Shown here piece after piece: positions 30,335 to 39,764 of a stretch of DNA of 64,000 nt (within the stretch, counting starts at the first letter, position 1; every line of letters starts with the position of its first letter). A program made the position numbers and the translations under genes. The stretch is from Candidatus Pyrohabitans jungbluthii. Lineage in GTDB: Archaea > Hydrothermarchaeota > Hydrothermarchaeia > Hydrothermarchaeales > BMS3B. The DNA lies in NCBI GenBank assembly GCA_002010065.2, contig MTMD02000006.1, positions 15,133-79,132 of the forward strand, written 5' to 3'. A model generated the notes under the pieces. The model worked only from the letters and a program-made list of their open reading frames with translations. It did not search any database and was not told where the DNA came from.

Positions 30335-30481
30335 ATGCCGAGTCAGCTTGAAATTGAGACCGTGCTGAAGATCATCAAGCTCAGAATTGCAGAGGGCATG
30401 GGATACAGGAGTATTGCAAGAAAGGTCGGGGTGGATTGGAAAACAGTGCGAAAGTACGTGAAGTTATATGAAAAATTATAA
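30335..30481 (+). CDS. HTH microprotein (48 aa)
   Basis: Hand translation ...EGMGYRSIARKVGVDWKTVRKY..., with GGAGG RBS. Confidence 0.75.
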   Translation: MPSQLEIETVLKIIKLRIAEGMGYRSIARKVGVDWKTVRKYVKLYEKL

Positions 30482-30520
30482 AAAAGAAAAAAGGATGCTG
30501 AGAACACAGCATTGTATTGA

Positions 30521-30733
30521 TTACACTATAGAAACCAAGTCATCGACTATATAGATGGGAACTCCTTGCGATATTAATAAAGCTCTTAGACCAAGTCTAC
30601 CAAGACCATAGAGTTTTTCTTTAGGAACACTAAAAAATCTCTTTCTGCCTTTGTATACACTAAAGTCGTTCTTGTTTAGTTGTGCTCTCCAAGTAACTTT
30701 TCCGTGTCGAATCCGAATTCCTATCCTTTTCAC
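30521..30733 (-). CDS. Small basic protein in an AT-rich segment
   Basis: GGAGGTG RBS/start, own TATA-like element near 30775. Confidence 0.5.
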   Translation of the reverse strand: MKRIGIRIRHGKVTWRAQLNKNDFSVYKGRKRFFSVPKEKLYGLGRLGLRALLISQGVPIYIVDDLVSIV

Positions 30734-30901
30734 CTCCTTTTAGTTTTACAAAATTAAAAAGGAATAGCACACTTATAAATATGTCGATTAATTTATTCAA
30801 CCACATGAGCAAACAATAGTTAGGATTGCAAACCTATTTTTTAAGGGTATACCATAAGTGAATCAGATATGGAAATATACTAACCATTTCAAGTTTTCTC
30901 C

Positions 30902-31102
30902 ATGGACATTTATCAGATTTGGGCCTATGTGGCCACGGTTGCAGCCGCAATCCTCGCGTGGCTCAACACTCGCAAGCCGCAGATCTACGACCTTCTCATT
31001 GAAATTCTCCAGGCTGCCAAGGACGACGAGATAACAGAAGAGGAGTTCCAGGAGATAGTGGACAAAGCTATCGCTGTCCTTGGCATCGACCTCAGCAAGT
31101 AG
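30902..31102 (+). CDS. Small membrane protein, holin-like
   Basis: N-terminal TM helix and acidic C-terminus, 66 aa. Confidence 0.5.
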   Translation: MDIYQIWAYVATVAAAILAWLNTRKPQIYDLLIEILQAAKDDEITEEEFQEIVDKAIAVLGIDLSK

Positions 31103-31130
31103 CGATCATTTCCCTGATGGCGGACGGGAA

Positions 31131-31613
31131 ATGATGCGCCGGCCCCAGGGCGCGGTACAAATACTGGGGCCTTCCTCTCCAGCGATGACGGCGAAAATCT
31201 ATGATCTCCTGGCAAAGACAGGAGTCACTTCACTTGAAACAAAGATAGCCGCTTTTCTCGGGCGCTTCTGGCGGGACAGGGTTCTAAAGAGGCGTACGCT
31301 CGAAGGCGTTGTTGGCGAAGTTTTCATGACTCGGGGTAAAATCAGGGGACAGAGCAGAAACATCATCAAAAAGGGATACGTTCCGCCAGACGAGCTTGAA
31401 TATCCAGACATCTACGAGATAGTTTACCAGGCATGGCTCCTTGCGGACAGCGGGAAGAAATACTTACTCAGCCTCTTCAAGCACCAACTCTGGATCCTTA
31501 ACTCTCGCGTGAGAATCACAAAGTACAACTGCATAGTGCATCTCGGCCATCGTTTTGTGATAGGCAGCGACGTGGAAATCTACCCCGTGGAGGTGGAACT
31601 CGTTGGTATTTAA
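31131..31613 (+). CDS. Viral hypothetical protein
   Basis: ORF with viral codon usage; start uncertain. Confidence 0.6.
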   Translation: MMRRPQGAVQILGPSSPAMTAKIYDLLAKTGVTSLETKIAAFLGRFWRDRVLKRRTLEGVVGEVFMTRGKIRGQSRNIIKKGYVPPDELEYPDIYEIVYQAWLLADSGKKYLLSLFKHQLWILNSRVRITKYNCIVHLGHRFVIGSDVEIYPVEVELVGI

Positions 31614-31756
31614 GTTGCCGGTAGAAGTGGATTATCTCTCAGGAACATTCGCGGGATTGGGAAGGCTATGGAAGCATCATGATACCACTGCTAGTGACTG
31701 CGTATGCCCTCACCCTGGTCACCTCTGCGAAGACTGCCATGGGAGGGAGATAGCAG

Positions 31757-31987
31757 GTGAAGCCACCAGGCTGCAAAGATGAGAGCCCACTTCAGGGCGC
31801 TTGCTGCACAAAATATTGTAAGCATCGCAACACCTGCAACCTGCCGCGGATACCTTTCCTTATCCACGCAGTTGTGATCAATCGCAAGCTCAGGAAAATC
31901 TTCACGGATGCTTACATCAACGACATTGTCCACCTTAAAGCGAAGTTATTGGGTGGTGGAAATAGAGCTGGAAGAACGCATAACTGA
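31757..31987 (+). CDS. Cys-rich hypothetical protein
   Basis: CCTKYCKHRNTC. Confidence 0.45.
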   Translation: MKPPGCKDESPLQGACCTKYCKHRNTCNLPRIPFLIHAVVINRKLRKIFTDAYINDIVHLKAKLLGGGNRAGRTHN

Positions 31988-32243
31988 AATAACGTGCTTC
32001 AATCCAGAATGCTCAAATAGAATAAAAACAACCATAGAGCAGAAGCGCGACTTCCTAATCTCGTTTGCACTGAAGTATGACGCAACAGTGCTCCCCACTT
32101 GCTCTAAAGAATGCGCCCAGAAGCTGCTCAATATCCTCGGAGACTATAAGGAGATAGCAAGGAAGGCAGAAGAGGCACGGCAGAAGATGCGGAAGAAGAA
32201 AGCGTCATCCGACGACCCACGGAATCAACATAGACAAACTTAA
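31956..32243 (+). CDS. Zinc-binding hypothetical protein
   Basis: CFNPEC...CSKEC. Confidence 0.55.
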   Translation: MEIELEERITEITCFNPECSNRIKTTIEQKRDFLISFALKYDATVLPTCSKECAQKLLNILGDYKEIARKAEEARQKMRKKKASSDDPRNQHRQT

Positions 32244-32332
32244 TTACTTTTCACTTTTCCCGTGGTCTAGGGAATGCTATATAAATAGGAAATAGGAAAG
32301 AAAATCTAGTAAAAAAGAGGGGTGATGTAAGG

Positions 32333-32791
32333 ATGGAGGATAAATTTAATTATACGGCATTTTTTGGTGGAGTTACATTCGTTCTTGCGCTTTATTTTAT
32401 AGGGGAGTATATAAGCAATTCAATTGCACCAGTGAACCTTAGTCAATCAAATGCAATTTTGTGGGTGTCTATATTTATAGGATTATCAATGGGTCACTAT
32501 ATAGGGAAAGCTATAACAAAAGGAGGAGGAACACTGAATTCATTTCTTGTAGGTATTTTTGTAACATTAACTTTATTCACTATTGCATTTGTAACAGGTG
32601 TATCGAATCTCACAGGTGTTATGATTTTCCTCACTATTTCTGTGTTCTTAATGCATTATTCAGACTTGCTAGAAAAACATGAAAATGTAGAAATATTAAT
32701 TGATATTTTCGCTCAAAAAATTTCGGGAGTGGTTTTAGTTATCTTCGCCATAATTAAATATCTCATACCTGTTCTCCAAAAAATTATTTAG
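32333..32791 (+). CDS. AT-rich multi-pass membrane protein (moron)
   Basis: About five TM helices, own TATA near 32279. Confidence 0.65.
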   Translation: MEDKFNYTAFFGGVTFVLALYFIGEYISNSIAPVNLSQSNAILWVSIFIGLSMGHYIGKAITKGGGTLNSFLVGIFVTLTLFTIAFVTGVSNLTGVMIFLTISVFLMHYSDLLEKHENVEILIDIFAQKISGVVLVIFAIIKYLIPVLQKII

Positions 32792-32801
32792 CTAATAGGC
32801 A

Positions 32802-33014
32802 TTATTTTGTTCGGAGATATACGCCGAAAGCCATGAAAATGACACCGACTATAATAGTAGTAACTGTTGCACCCTTTATTCCAGTTCCAGTGAGTCCAAT
32901 ACCCCCTGGGCCTGCAAGTTCAAGAGCAGACAGTTTCGCTTCGACTCCGATTGATGATAATAATAGAAGAGACCCAATTCCAATTAGAACTGTCCCAAGG
33001 TCTTTGTTTTTCAT
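32802..33014 (-). CDS. Two-TM membrane protein (moron)
   Basis: Two hydrophobic helices, AT-rich. Confidence 0.6.
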   Translation of the reverse strand: MKNKDLGTVLIGIGSLLLLSSIGVEAKLSALELAGPGGIGLTGTGIKGATVTTIIVGVIFMAFGVYLRTK

Positions 33015-33169
33015 ACGAATTTATTGTGAACTTCTTTATATTTAAAAATTATTGATTTACAAATATTGTTTACTTCTTCTACCAAAACTTGGTACCAAAT
33101 ATTGTGCTAATTGCGGGACATTTCATGAAGTTTAAATGAATTCTACAAAGGTCCTAATACATTATCTGC

Positions 33170-33186
33170 CTGACTTTCCTTTTTAA
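33170..33186 (+). promoter_or_regulatory. Late promoter motif, copy 1 (terS)
   Basis: CTGACTTTCCTTTTTAA, 42 nt before ATG 33212. Confidence 0.8.
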
Positions 33187-33211
33187 CCTAAACGAACCTT
33201 GACGAATCTAT

Positions 33212-33643
33212 ATGAACCTTTACAATCCTAAATGCAAGATCTGCCGTAGCGGGCATGCCGACAAAGTTAACCAGATGCTCATCGAAGGCAGACCCTACAG
33301 CGAGATCATCGCCAAGCTTGAGAAGCACATCCCGGGGCTCAGCAAGGCGAACATCACCAACCACAAGCGCCATTTCCCGGTAGTGCCCGAGGCAGTGAAA
33401 GAGTTTCAGAAGCAACTTGAGGAGGGGAAGCGCAAGGTCATTGACGACCTCGAGTTCCTTGAGAAGGTCAAGGCCAAAGCGGATGCTCTGCTTGACATCA
33501 CCAGCGACCCGAGCGACCTTCAGAAGATAACCGCAGCCGCTGTCCAGGCAATGAAGCTCAAGTACGAGATTTCCGGCGACGTCAACAACCCTGTGAAGGA
33601 GCTCCTGGAGGTCCTCTATGCTGAGGACGAAGAAGCTGGCTAA
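33212..33643 (+). CDS. Terminase small subunit (putative)
   Basis: CKIC plus HTH-like N-terminus, overlaps terL. Confidence 0.65.
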   Translation: MNLYNPKCKICRSGHADKVNQMLIEGRPYSEIIAKLEKHIPGLSKANITNHKRHFPVVPEAVKEFQKQLEEGKRKVIDDLEFLEKVKAKADALLDITSDPSDLQKITAAAVQAMKLKYEISGDVNNPVKELLEVLYAEDEEAG

Positions 33644-34952
33644 ACCTCTCAGGGATCCCGTCACCTTTGCAAAAAAGCTGCTTGGCTGGACACCTCACGA
33701 AGCGCAGGAGCAAATCCTCAGGGACAGGGCAAAGAACCTCACAGTCGCAGCAGGACGAAGATTCGGCAAGAGCGAGTGCATGGCAGTCTCCGCGATCCAC
33801 TATGCCATAGCGCACCCTGGAAGCATTCAGTTCATCATCGCCCCAACCTACGACCAGGCACAGATTATCTTTGACACCATCGTCAGGCTGCTTTCCAGGT
33901 CGCCGCTCATTCAGCTGGTGGATAAGGTGGTCTACACTCCCTTCCCGAAGCTCCGCTTTCTTACAGGCTCAATTATTCATGCCCGCTCCGCTGACAAGCC
34001 TCAGAACCTGCGAGGCCATAAGGCGCACCGCATAATCCTCGACGAAGCGGGCTACATTAAGGACGAGGCGGTCACCAACGTAATTGAGCCAATGCTCGCT
34101 GACTATGACGGAGACCTGATCAAGATTGGCACCCCTGCGGGAAGAAACCACTTCTATGACTCATTCATCAGGGGGCTCGAGAGAAATGAGTACTACAGCA
34201 GCTACCAGTTCCCATCCTGGGTAAACCCGCACATCTCCAGGGAATACATAGAGCGCAAGAAGAAAGAATACGGGGAGAACAGCATCCGCTTCCGCACCGA
34301 GTACATGGCGGAGTTCATAGACGACCAGAATGCTGTCTTCCCATGGCGCAGCATTCAGGCGTGCATCGAAGAAGATATAGAGCTCCTCGAGGGTAGGACC
34401 CATGCCAAGCAGCGCTTCGTCTTCGGCGTGGACGTGGCGAAGTACCTCGACTACACCGTAATCATCGGCATAGATATTGCCCAGGAGCCAGCGAAGCTCA
34501 TATACTTTGACCGCTTCCAGCGCCTCCCCTGGGGAGAGATAGCCAGGAGAATCGAGGACATCCATGCAAGATTCTCGCCCCAGGCAATAGTTGTGGACAG
34601 CACTGGCGCCGGCGACCCCTTGCTGGAGATGGTCCAGCACATAGCACGAGGTATAACCATCACGGGTGGCACCGCAATAACTCAGCAGGGAAACATCACC
34701 AAGGTGCCAAAGACAATCCTGGTGGAGAGGTTAGCGGCTGCAATAGACAATCGCAAGGTCATCTTCCCCAACATCCCCGAGCTGATCAACGAGCTCAAGT
34801 ACTTCGAGTACGTCCGCACGAGCTCGGGTAGCCTGAAAATGGAAGCTCACGAAGGCATGCACGACGACTGCGTCATGGCCCTAGCTCTTGCTGTATTTGG
34901 AGCATTCCACGAGCCATCGCTTCCAGACATCGACGAATGGCCCTTCTTCTGA
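33618..34952 (+). CDS. terL: Terminase large subunit
   Basis: GRRFGKS, ILDEA, IGTP, GVDVAKYLDYT, HDDCVMALAL. Confidence 0.95.
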   Translation: MLRTKKLAKPLRDPVTFAKKLLGWTPHEAQEQILRDRAKNLTVAAGRRFGKSECMAVSAIHYAIAHPGSIQFIIAPTYDQAQIIFDTIVRLLSRSPLIQLVDKVVYTPFPKLRFLTGSIIHARSADKPQNLRGHKAHRIILDEAGYIKDEAVTNVIEPMLADYDGDLIKIGTPAGRNHFYDSFIRGLERNEYYSSYQFPSWVNPHISREYIERKKKEYGENSIRFRTEYMAEFIDDQNAVFPWRSIQACIEEDIELLEGRTHAKQRFVFGVDVAKYLDYTVIIGIDIAQEPAKLIYFDRFQRLPWGEIARRIEDIHARFSPQAIVVDSTGAGDPLLEMVQHIARGITITGGTAITQQGNITKVPKTILVERLAAAIDNRKVIFPNIPELINELKYFEYVRTSSGSLKMEAHEGMHDDCVMALALAVFGAFHEPSLPDIDEWPFF

Positions 34953-34965
34953 CTTTGCTTTTTAT
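34949..34965 (+). promoter_or_regulatory. Late promoter motif, copy 2 (portal)
   Basis: CTGACTTTGCTTTTTAT, overlaps the terL TGA. Confidence 0.8.
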
Positions 34966-34999
34966 GCCTTTCCCGCAGAGGGAACTCTGGTGATGTTTC

Positions 35000-36391
35000 A
35001 TGAGCATCTTTGACCTGCTGAAGCCGAAATCTTCGAGAATGGACCTGGCTCTCGCGGAGCTTCTGAAAGGGGTTGCAAAGGCTGCGGATGATAAAATTTA
35101 TAATCCCGACTTTGAGCCAGAGGGCGGCTGGGATAAGTGGTGCGCCTGGGCTGCGAAGCAGGGCAAAATAGCGAGGATGATTAGAAGCTTAGCTAAGAAT
35201 GCAATGGCTTTCGACTTCTCTGGCGATGACGACAAGGCGTTGGAATTGGTGCAGAAGATGCGCCGGCGCACCCACCTTGATCTAATTCTCGTGCTCGCCT
35301 TCAAGGACTGGCTTGAATATGGACGCTGCTTCCTGGAAGTGGTGTGGGAGAAGAAGCGCATCGGGAACAATGTTGTAGAGGACATCATCAAAATCAAGCG
35401 CGTTAACCCGATGACAGTCCGCGTTTTCAGAGACAACGAGGACGATGTGCGTGAGCTCCGGGACTTCCTGAAGCGTCACTTCCCGAATGTGGACAGGAGC
35501 AACATCAAAGAGGGCAGCGGTGACAACATCATAGGCTTCGTGCAGCACTTCAAGAGGGCTGAGGAGGGCAAGGCGGTATTCTTCAAGCCTGAGGAGCTTA
35601 TCTTCATCCCGCGCTATCCCGACTACGACGCCCCCGACGGTGTCAGTCTGCTCAGGGAGAACTACGCCAATATCATGAACAAGCTCGGCACGGAGAAGTA
35701 CCAGGCGATCATGCTCAAGCGCTTCGTGGACCACAAGCACAAGTTTAAAGTTCCTGAACGTTGGTGGCATCGCATTGAGGAACTCCAGAGCAAAATCAAA
35801 AACATGTTGAAAGCGGGCGGTGACCTCTGGATCCCCGAGGGCATGGAGGTTGAAATACTCGAGCCGAAAGGCAATCCCCTAGCGACGATCAAAGCTCAGG
35901 AGCATATAGAGGACCAGGTAATCGCCGGCATGGGCTTCAGCGACAGCTTCACCGAGAGCAAGAGCAGCAACCGCTCTGTTGGTGAGGTGCAGCTCCAGTT
36001 CTTTGAACGCGATATTAGACCAGAGCGCTACATCTTCAAGGTCGTCATCGAGGACAGGATCATAATCCCCTATGTCAGGAAGAAGCTCGGACCCAAAGCG
36101 AAGCCACCGGAGATGGTATTCGAAGACCTCACGCCACGCGATGAGGTGCGCTGGGCTGCGGTGATGGCTTCCTACCTGCCCTACATGACCAAGTCGCAGA
36201 TCAAGCGCCTCTTCGACGAGCTCGGCTACCCAGTGCCAAAAGAGGAGGAAAAAGAGTTCAGCGCAAAGGTGGACCTCGCAACTCAGAAGGGCGTGCCAAA
36301 GCCCGTGCTGACCGGAAGCGTTGACGTCAGAGAAGAGTTCGCGGAAGAAATCCATCGCCTCCGGAAAGAGCTCCTGGAGGTCTTCGACTGA
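35000..36391 (+). CDS. Portal protein
   Basis: Position after terL, size, YGRCFLEV, P.GVSLL, PEGMEVE. Confidence 0.85.
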   Translation: MSIFDLLKPKSSRMDLALAELLKGVAKAADDKIYNPDFEPEGGWDKWCAWAAKQGKIARMIRSLAKNAMAFDFSGDDDKALELVQKMRRRTHLDLILVLAFKDWLEYGRCFLEVVWEKKRIGNNVVEDIIKIKRVNPMTVRVFRDNEDDVRELRDFLKRHFPNVDRSNIKEGSGDNIIGFVQHFKRAEEGKAVFFKPEELIFIPRYPDYDAPDGVSLLRENYANIMNKLGTEKYQAIMLKRFVDHKHKFKVPERWWHRIEELQSKIKNMLKAGGDLWIPEGMEVEILEPKGNPLATIKAQEHIEDQVIAGMGFSDSFTESKSSNRSVGEVQLQFFERDIRPERYIFKVVIEDRIIIPYVRKKLGPKAKPPEMVFEDLTPRDEVRWAAVMASYLPYMTKSQIKRLFDELGYPVPKEEEKEFSAKVDLATQKGVPKPVLTGSVDVREEFAEEIHRLRKELLEVFD

Positions 36392-37666
36392 ATGCAGCTC
36401 TACGATTTCCTCAGCAAGGATGAGGAAGATGCGATCCGTGCCATTGAGGAAGCGCTTCTCAGGAAGACAGCAGAATCAAGGAAGCGCGCGGTTGAAAAGC
36501 TCGCCAAGCTTCTCACCGTCAGCTACTACATCGGCGCAGAGAGGGCGCTCAAAGAAGTTGGCGCTGACGTGCGCATCACCAGCTTGGAGATCAGAGCGCT
36601 CGAGAAGCTCATAGAGCAGGATGTAGCGCCAGCAATAAAAGAGATGTACGAGTTCCTCGAGCGCGACATTAAGAGCGTCATCGAGGAAGGCATCCGGGAG
36701 GGACTTACCTACGACGAAATCTCTGCAAGGCTAAAGGAAAGGCTAAGAACAACCTTCGGCGAGGAGATTCACTTTGACAGGCGTGGAAAGCTAAGGGAAG
36801 AGATCTACATTGACCGCAGAGGCAGGCTCAGAGTCAGGCAGGTTAAAATCACCCGCACAAAGACGCTGAAGCTTGACGACTACGCCGATCTCCTCGCAAG
36901 GACCAACGTAAAGAAAGCCTACGCCCTGGGGCACCGCGAGGGCTACGTCGCCGCTGGCCTGCGAAAGTGGAGGTATCGCAGCGTAGCAGATGAACGCACC
37001 AGGCCGCACCACTTAGCTCTTCACGGCAGAGTATTTGAGGTTGGCACAGCAGAAGAAGAGCTCGCCCTCCGCGTAATGAGCGAGCCCAACTGTAGATGCA
37101 GGCCCTCGCCATACTTCGACGATCCCAAGCTTGACACGCCTCAAGAGGTTTTCGAGCAGGAGAAGAAAAAATGGGCCCAGGAATGGCAGAGAGAGAAGGG
37201 TCTCGATTCTCTTGGGAAGTATCTAGAACCATTCGACAGAAAAGGCTTAGCACCTCCTTCCTATGATGAGCAGCTTAACTACCTCATAGAGAGGTTTAAG
37301 AAAAGCGAAGACATGCGCACCCTCCTTTCCATTACCGGGGAAAGCCCGCAAGCAAAAGCTAAAGAGATCCTTGGAATCTCTCTCAGGCACTCCACATTTC
37401 ACGGTACCGCTTCATCATACAGGCACATGGTGCAGGATGGGAGGAGGTACTCCCTGTCAGATGTTTTCAGCATAAAAAAGAGCCCGGAATGGGTAAGACG
37501 CGATCCTGATACCGGAGAATTTTTATTGCATGGAAAATCTAAAATATATCAGCGCCCAGTTTATATAATATTGACACCTGACAGAAAAATTAAAACTTCA
37601 TTTGTCATTACAAAAAGGAAAGAAGTTGAGAAGCTTAAGATGAGATTTAAAGAGGAGTTGAAATGA
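36392..37666 (+). CDS. MuF/SPP1 gp7-like minor head protein with C-terminal putative toxin domain
   Basis: LARTN...AY..G, WRYRSVADERTRPHHLALHG, EPNCRC, then a ~190-aa extension. Confidence 0.85.
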   Translation: MQLYDFLSKDEEDAIRAIEEALLRKTAESRKRAVEKLAKLLTVSYYIGAERALKEVGADVRITSLEIRALEKLIEQDVAPAIKEMYEFLERDIKSVIEEGIREGLTYDEISARLKERLRTTFGEEIHFDRRGKLREEIYIDRRGRLRVRQVKITRTKTLKLDDYADLLARTNVKKAYALGHREGYVAAGLRKWRYRSVADERTRPHHLALHGRVFEVGTAEEELALRVMSEPNCRCRPSPYFDDPKLDTPQEVFEQEKKKWAQEWQREKGLDSLGKYLEPFDRKGLAPPSYDEQLNYLIERFKKSEDMRTLLSITGESPQAKAKEILGISLRHSTFHGTASSYRHMVQDGRRYSLSDVFSIKKSPEWVRRDPDTGEFLLHGKSKIYQRPVYIILTPDRKIKTSFVITKRKEVEKLKMRFKEELK

Positions 37667-37935
37667 AGAGGCTCCGAATAAGCTACGGGGACGAGCTGCT
37701 CAAAAATCCAGAGAAACGACCTGCAGAAGGCAAAATTAGAGCAGCGTACGTAAACAACAGAACAGGGTTAGTCTTAGGGAGGGGCGACATTGAGGTGGAG
37801 ATCATAAGGGAGAACGGCGCTGATTATATCACCCTTCCCGAGGAGGTATACAGAGAATTGAAACTCACAGATTACGACATGGACTGGTGCTCTGTCTATC
37901 TGAGGGAGGATGGTATCTTAGTAGAGCTTTTCTAG
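37663..37935 (+). CDS. Small protein coupled to MuF (candidate immunity protein)
   Basis: ATGA overlap, 90 aa, acidic C-terminus. Confidence 0.6.
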   Translation: MKRLRISYGDELLKNPEKRPAEGKIRAAYVNNRTGLVLGRGDIEVEIIRENGADYITLPEEVYRELKLTDYDMDWCSVYLREDGILVELF

Positions 37936-37954
37936 GGTTGTAAGAGGGGGTAGT

Positions 37955-38347
37955 ATGGATATTAACATAAAGGATTTGACTTCTCGTAATTTGGTCAATC
38001 ATTTTGTAATTGGCTATTTCGCTCTTTATGTAATCCTTGGCGATCAGTTTATTAATTATAAATTATTGAAGCAGATAGTCTTGGCGATTGTTGCAAGCTA
38101 CTTGTTGTTTATTCCCGCAAGATTAATCGTCCGCATTCGTTGGGGAAGATGGGAAGAAAATCAAGAGGCGTACACGTACTATCACTTTAGAATATTCGCG
38201 GTTCTTCTCTCTCTTACTATAATCAAATTTATTGATATCATGAGAGGACTATGGCCGTGGTACAAACTGATTTTAGTTTGGTTGTTATCTTTTACAGCAG
38301 ACTGGTTAACATGGTGGCTTTACAGAAAAGATACCACCGACTGCTAA
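37955..38347 (+). CDS. AT-rich four-TM membrane protein (moron)
   Basis: Hydrophobic helices and AT-rich codons. Confidence 0.6.
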   Translation: MDINIKDLTSRNLVNHFVIGYFALYVILGDQFINYKLLKQIVLAIVASYLLFIPARLIVRIRWGRWEENQEAYTYYHFRIFAVLLSLTIIKFIDIMRGLWPWYKLILVWLLSFTADWLTWWLYRKDTTDC

Positions 38348-38363
38348 ATTCTACAACCACTAT

Positions 38364-38380
38364 CTGACTTTCCTTTTTAA
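38364..38380 (+). promoter_or_regulatory. Late promoter motif, copy 3 (protease)
   Basis: CTGACTTTCCTTTTTAA, 41 nt before ATG 38405. Confidence 0.8.
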
Positions 38381-38404
38381 GCTACTTCTCCTCAGCCTTT
38401 ATTC

Positions 38405-39763
38405 ATGAGCGACGAGGTTACAGTAGACTTCACTGTAAGGGTTGCCGATTGCTTGGGCTTTTGTGCAGAGAAAGGCGACTTCGTCCCAGTGGTTGACCTG
38501 AAGAACGAGGACACCTCGAGGGGACTAAAGCGCAGGATCATCGCTGTCACCGAAGGCACACACAACGGCATACAGTTCCGGGCTAATGAAATTGAGGCGA
38601 TGGTCCGGCGTGCCATTGAGGTGAAAGAGCAGGAGAATAGGAAGTACTTCAAGGTGCCTCTTGTTCTGGACCACAGCGATAGCTTCCTGGACAAAGTCGG
38701 AGCCACCTACAACCTCGAGTTCGGCAAGGACCCTGAGAAGGGGCTGCAGGCGGCAATAGCAGACGTGGAGTTCTGGAACACCACGCCCATGCTCAGAGAG
38801 GTTGCAGAGCGCGTGAAGCTAGACCCTGAGAACACCTTCTTCTCCGTCAGGGTGAGGGGCAGAATAGAGCAGGACGCAGAAGGGGAGTACCTTGCTGACA
38901 TGACCCTGGTGCACATCGCCGTGGTAAACGAGCCCGCTGATCCCAATGCCAGGCTGATCTCCAATTCCAGAGGTGCCGATATTTCCCGGGAAATATTCGA
39001 CTTTGGCGTGGTGCCGAGCAACCCGCCAAACTACCGCAAGGCGAGCGAGGACACACCCTGGGAAAAGCCTCGCCTTGAGGACTTCACCAGCAAGCGTTGG
39101 GATGAGCTGAGCGATGCGGAGAAGCGCAGAATAGCCCAGCACTTCGCTTGGGCTCCGAAGATGCCGCCCAACGCATTCACAGACCTCAAGTTGCCGCATC
39201 ACCGCCCTAGCGACGGCGCCGTGGTGTGGAACGGTGTTCGCGCAGCAATGGCAGCACTCATGGGCGCCCGTGGTGGCGTTGACATTCCCGCGGCAGATAA
39301 GCGCAAGGTGTACAACCATCTCGCAGCTCACTACAGAGAATTCGAAAAAGAGCCTCCAGAGGCAAACTTCGCCAAATCTGACTTTGCTTTAAATACAGAA
39401 GGCTCGGAACTCAACAACAAAGGAGGTCTAAGCATGGAAGAAATAGAGAAAATCAAGACAGACCTCAAGAAAGAGTACGAGCAGAAGCTCGAGGAGGTCA
39501 AGCAGGAGTTCGCAGCGAAGATCAAGAAAATCGAAGAGCTGACCGAGCTCCGCGCGGAGATCATCGCGATTTACCCTGAGGTTGACAGGGATTTCCTGAA
39601 GTCGCTCAACAGGGAGCAGCTGGAGAAGTACAAGGCGGACCTCAAGAAGCGCATGGTGGAAACCCAGAGCACCGAGAAGAGCAGGGACAACGCAGCCAAA
39701 GCCGAGGACCCGTTTGAGCTTGCCGAGAAGTACTTCGGCCCGGTTGAAGTGGGGGTGAGCTAA
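38405..39763 (+). CDS. Prohead protease, middle domain and scaffold fusion
   Basis: PLVLDH, FFSV, HIAVVNEPADPNA; middle KLPHH...GARGG domain; C-terminal coiled coil. Confidence 0.75.
   Translation: MSDEVTVDFTVRVADCLGFCAEKGDFVPVVDLKNEDTSRGLKRRIIAVTEGTHNGIQFRANEIEAMVRRAIEVKEQENRKYFKVPLVLDHSDSFLDKVGATYNLEFGKDPEKGLQAAIADVEFWNTTPMLREVAERVKLDPENTFFSVRVRGRIEQDAEGEYLADMTLVHIAVVNEPADPNARLISNSRGADISREIFDFGVVPSNPPNYRKASEDTPWEKPRLEDFTSKRWDELSDAEKRRIAQHFAWAPKMPPNAFTDLKLPHHRPSDGAVVWNGVRAAMAALMGARGGVDIPAADKRKVYNHLAAHYREFEKEPPEANFAKSDFALNTEGSELNNKGGLSMEEIEKIKTDLKKEYEQKLEEVKQEFAAKIKKIEELTELRAEIIAIYPEVDRDFLKSLNREQLEKYKADLKKRMVETQSTEKSRDNAAKAEDPFELAEKYFGPVEVGVS
39378..39395 (+). promoter_or_regulatory. Late promoter motif, copy 4 (intragenic, scaffold)
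   Basis: CTGACTTTGCTTTAAATA inside the protease CDS. Confidence 0.75.
39434..39763 (+). CDS. Nested in-frame scaffold protein (109 aa)
   Basis: AGGAGGT at 39421-27, in-frame ATG 39434, coiled coil. Confidence 0.75.
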   Translation: MEEIEKIKTDLKKEYEQKLEEVKQEFAAKIKKIEELTELRAEIIAIYPEVDRDFLKSLNREQLEKYKADLKKRMVETQSTEKSRDNAAKAEDPFELAEKYFGPVEVGVS

Positions 39764-39764
39764 G

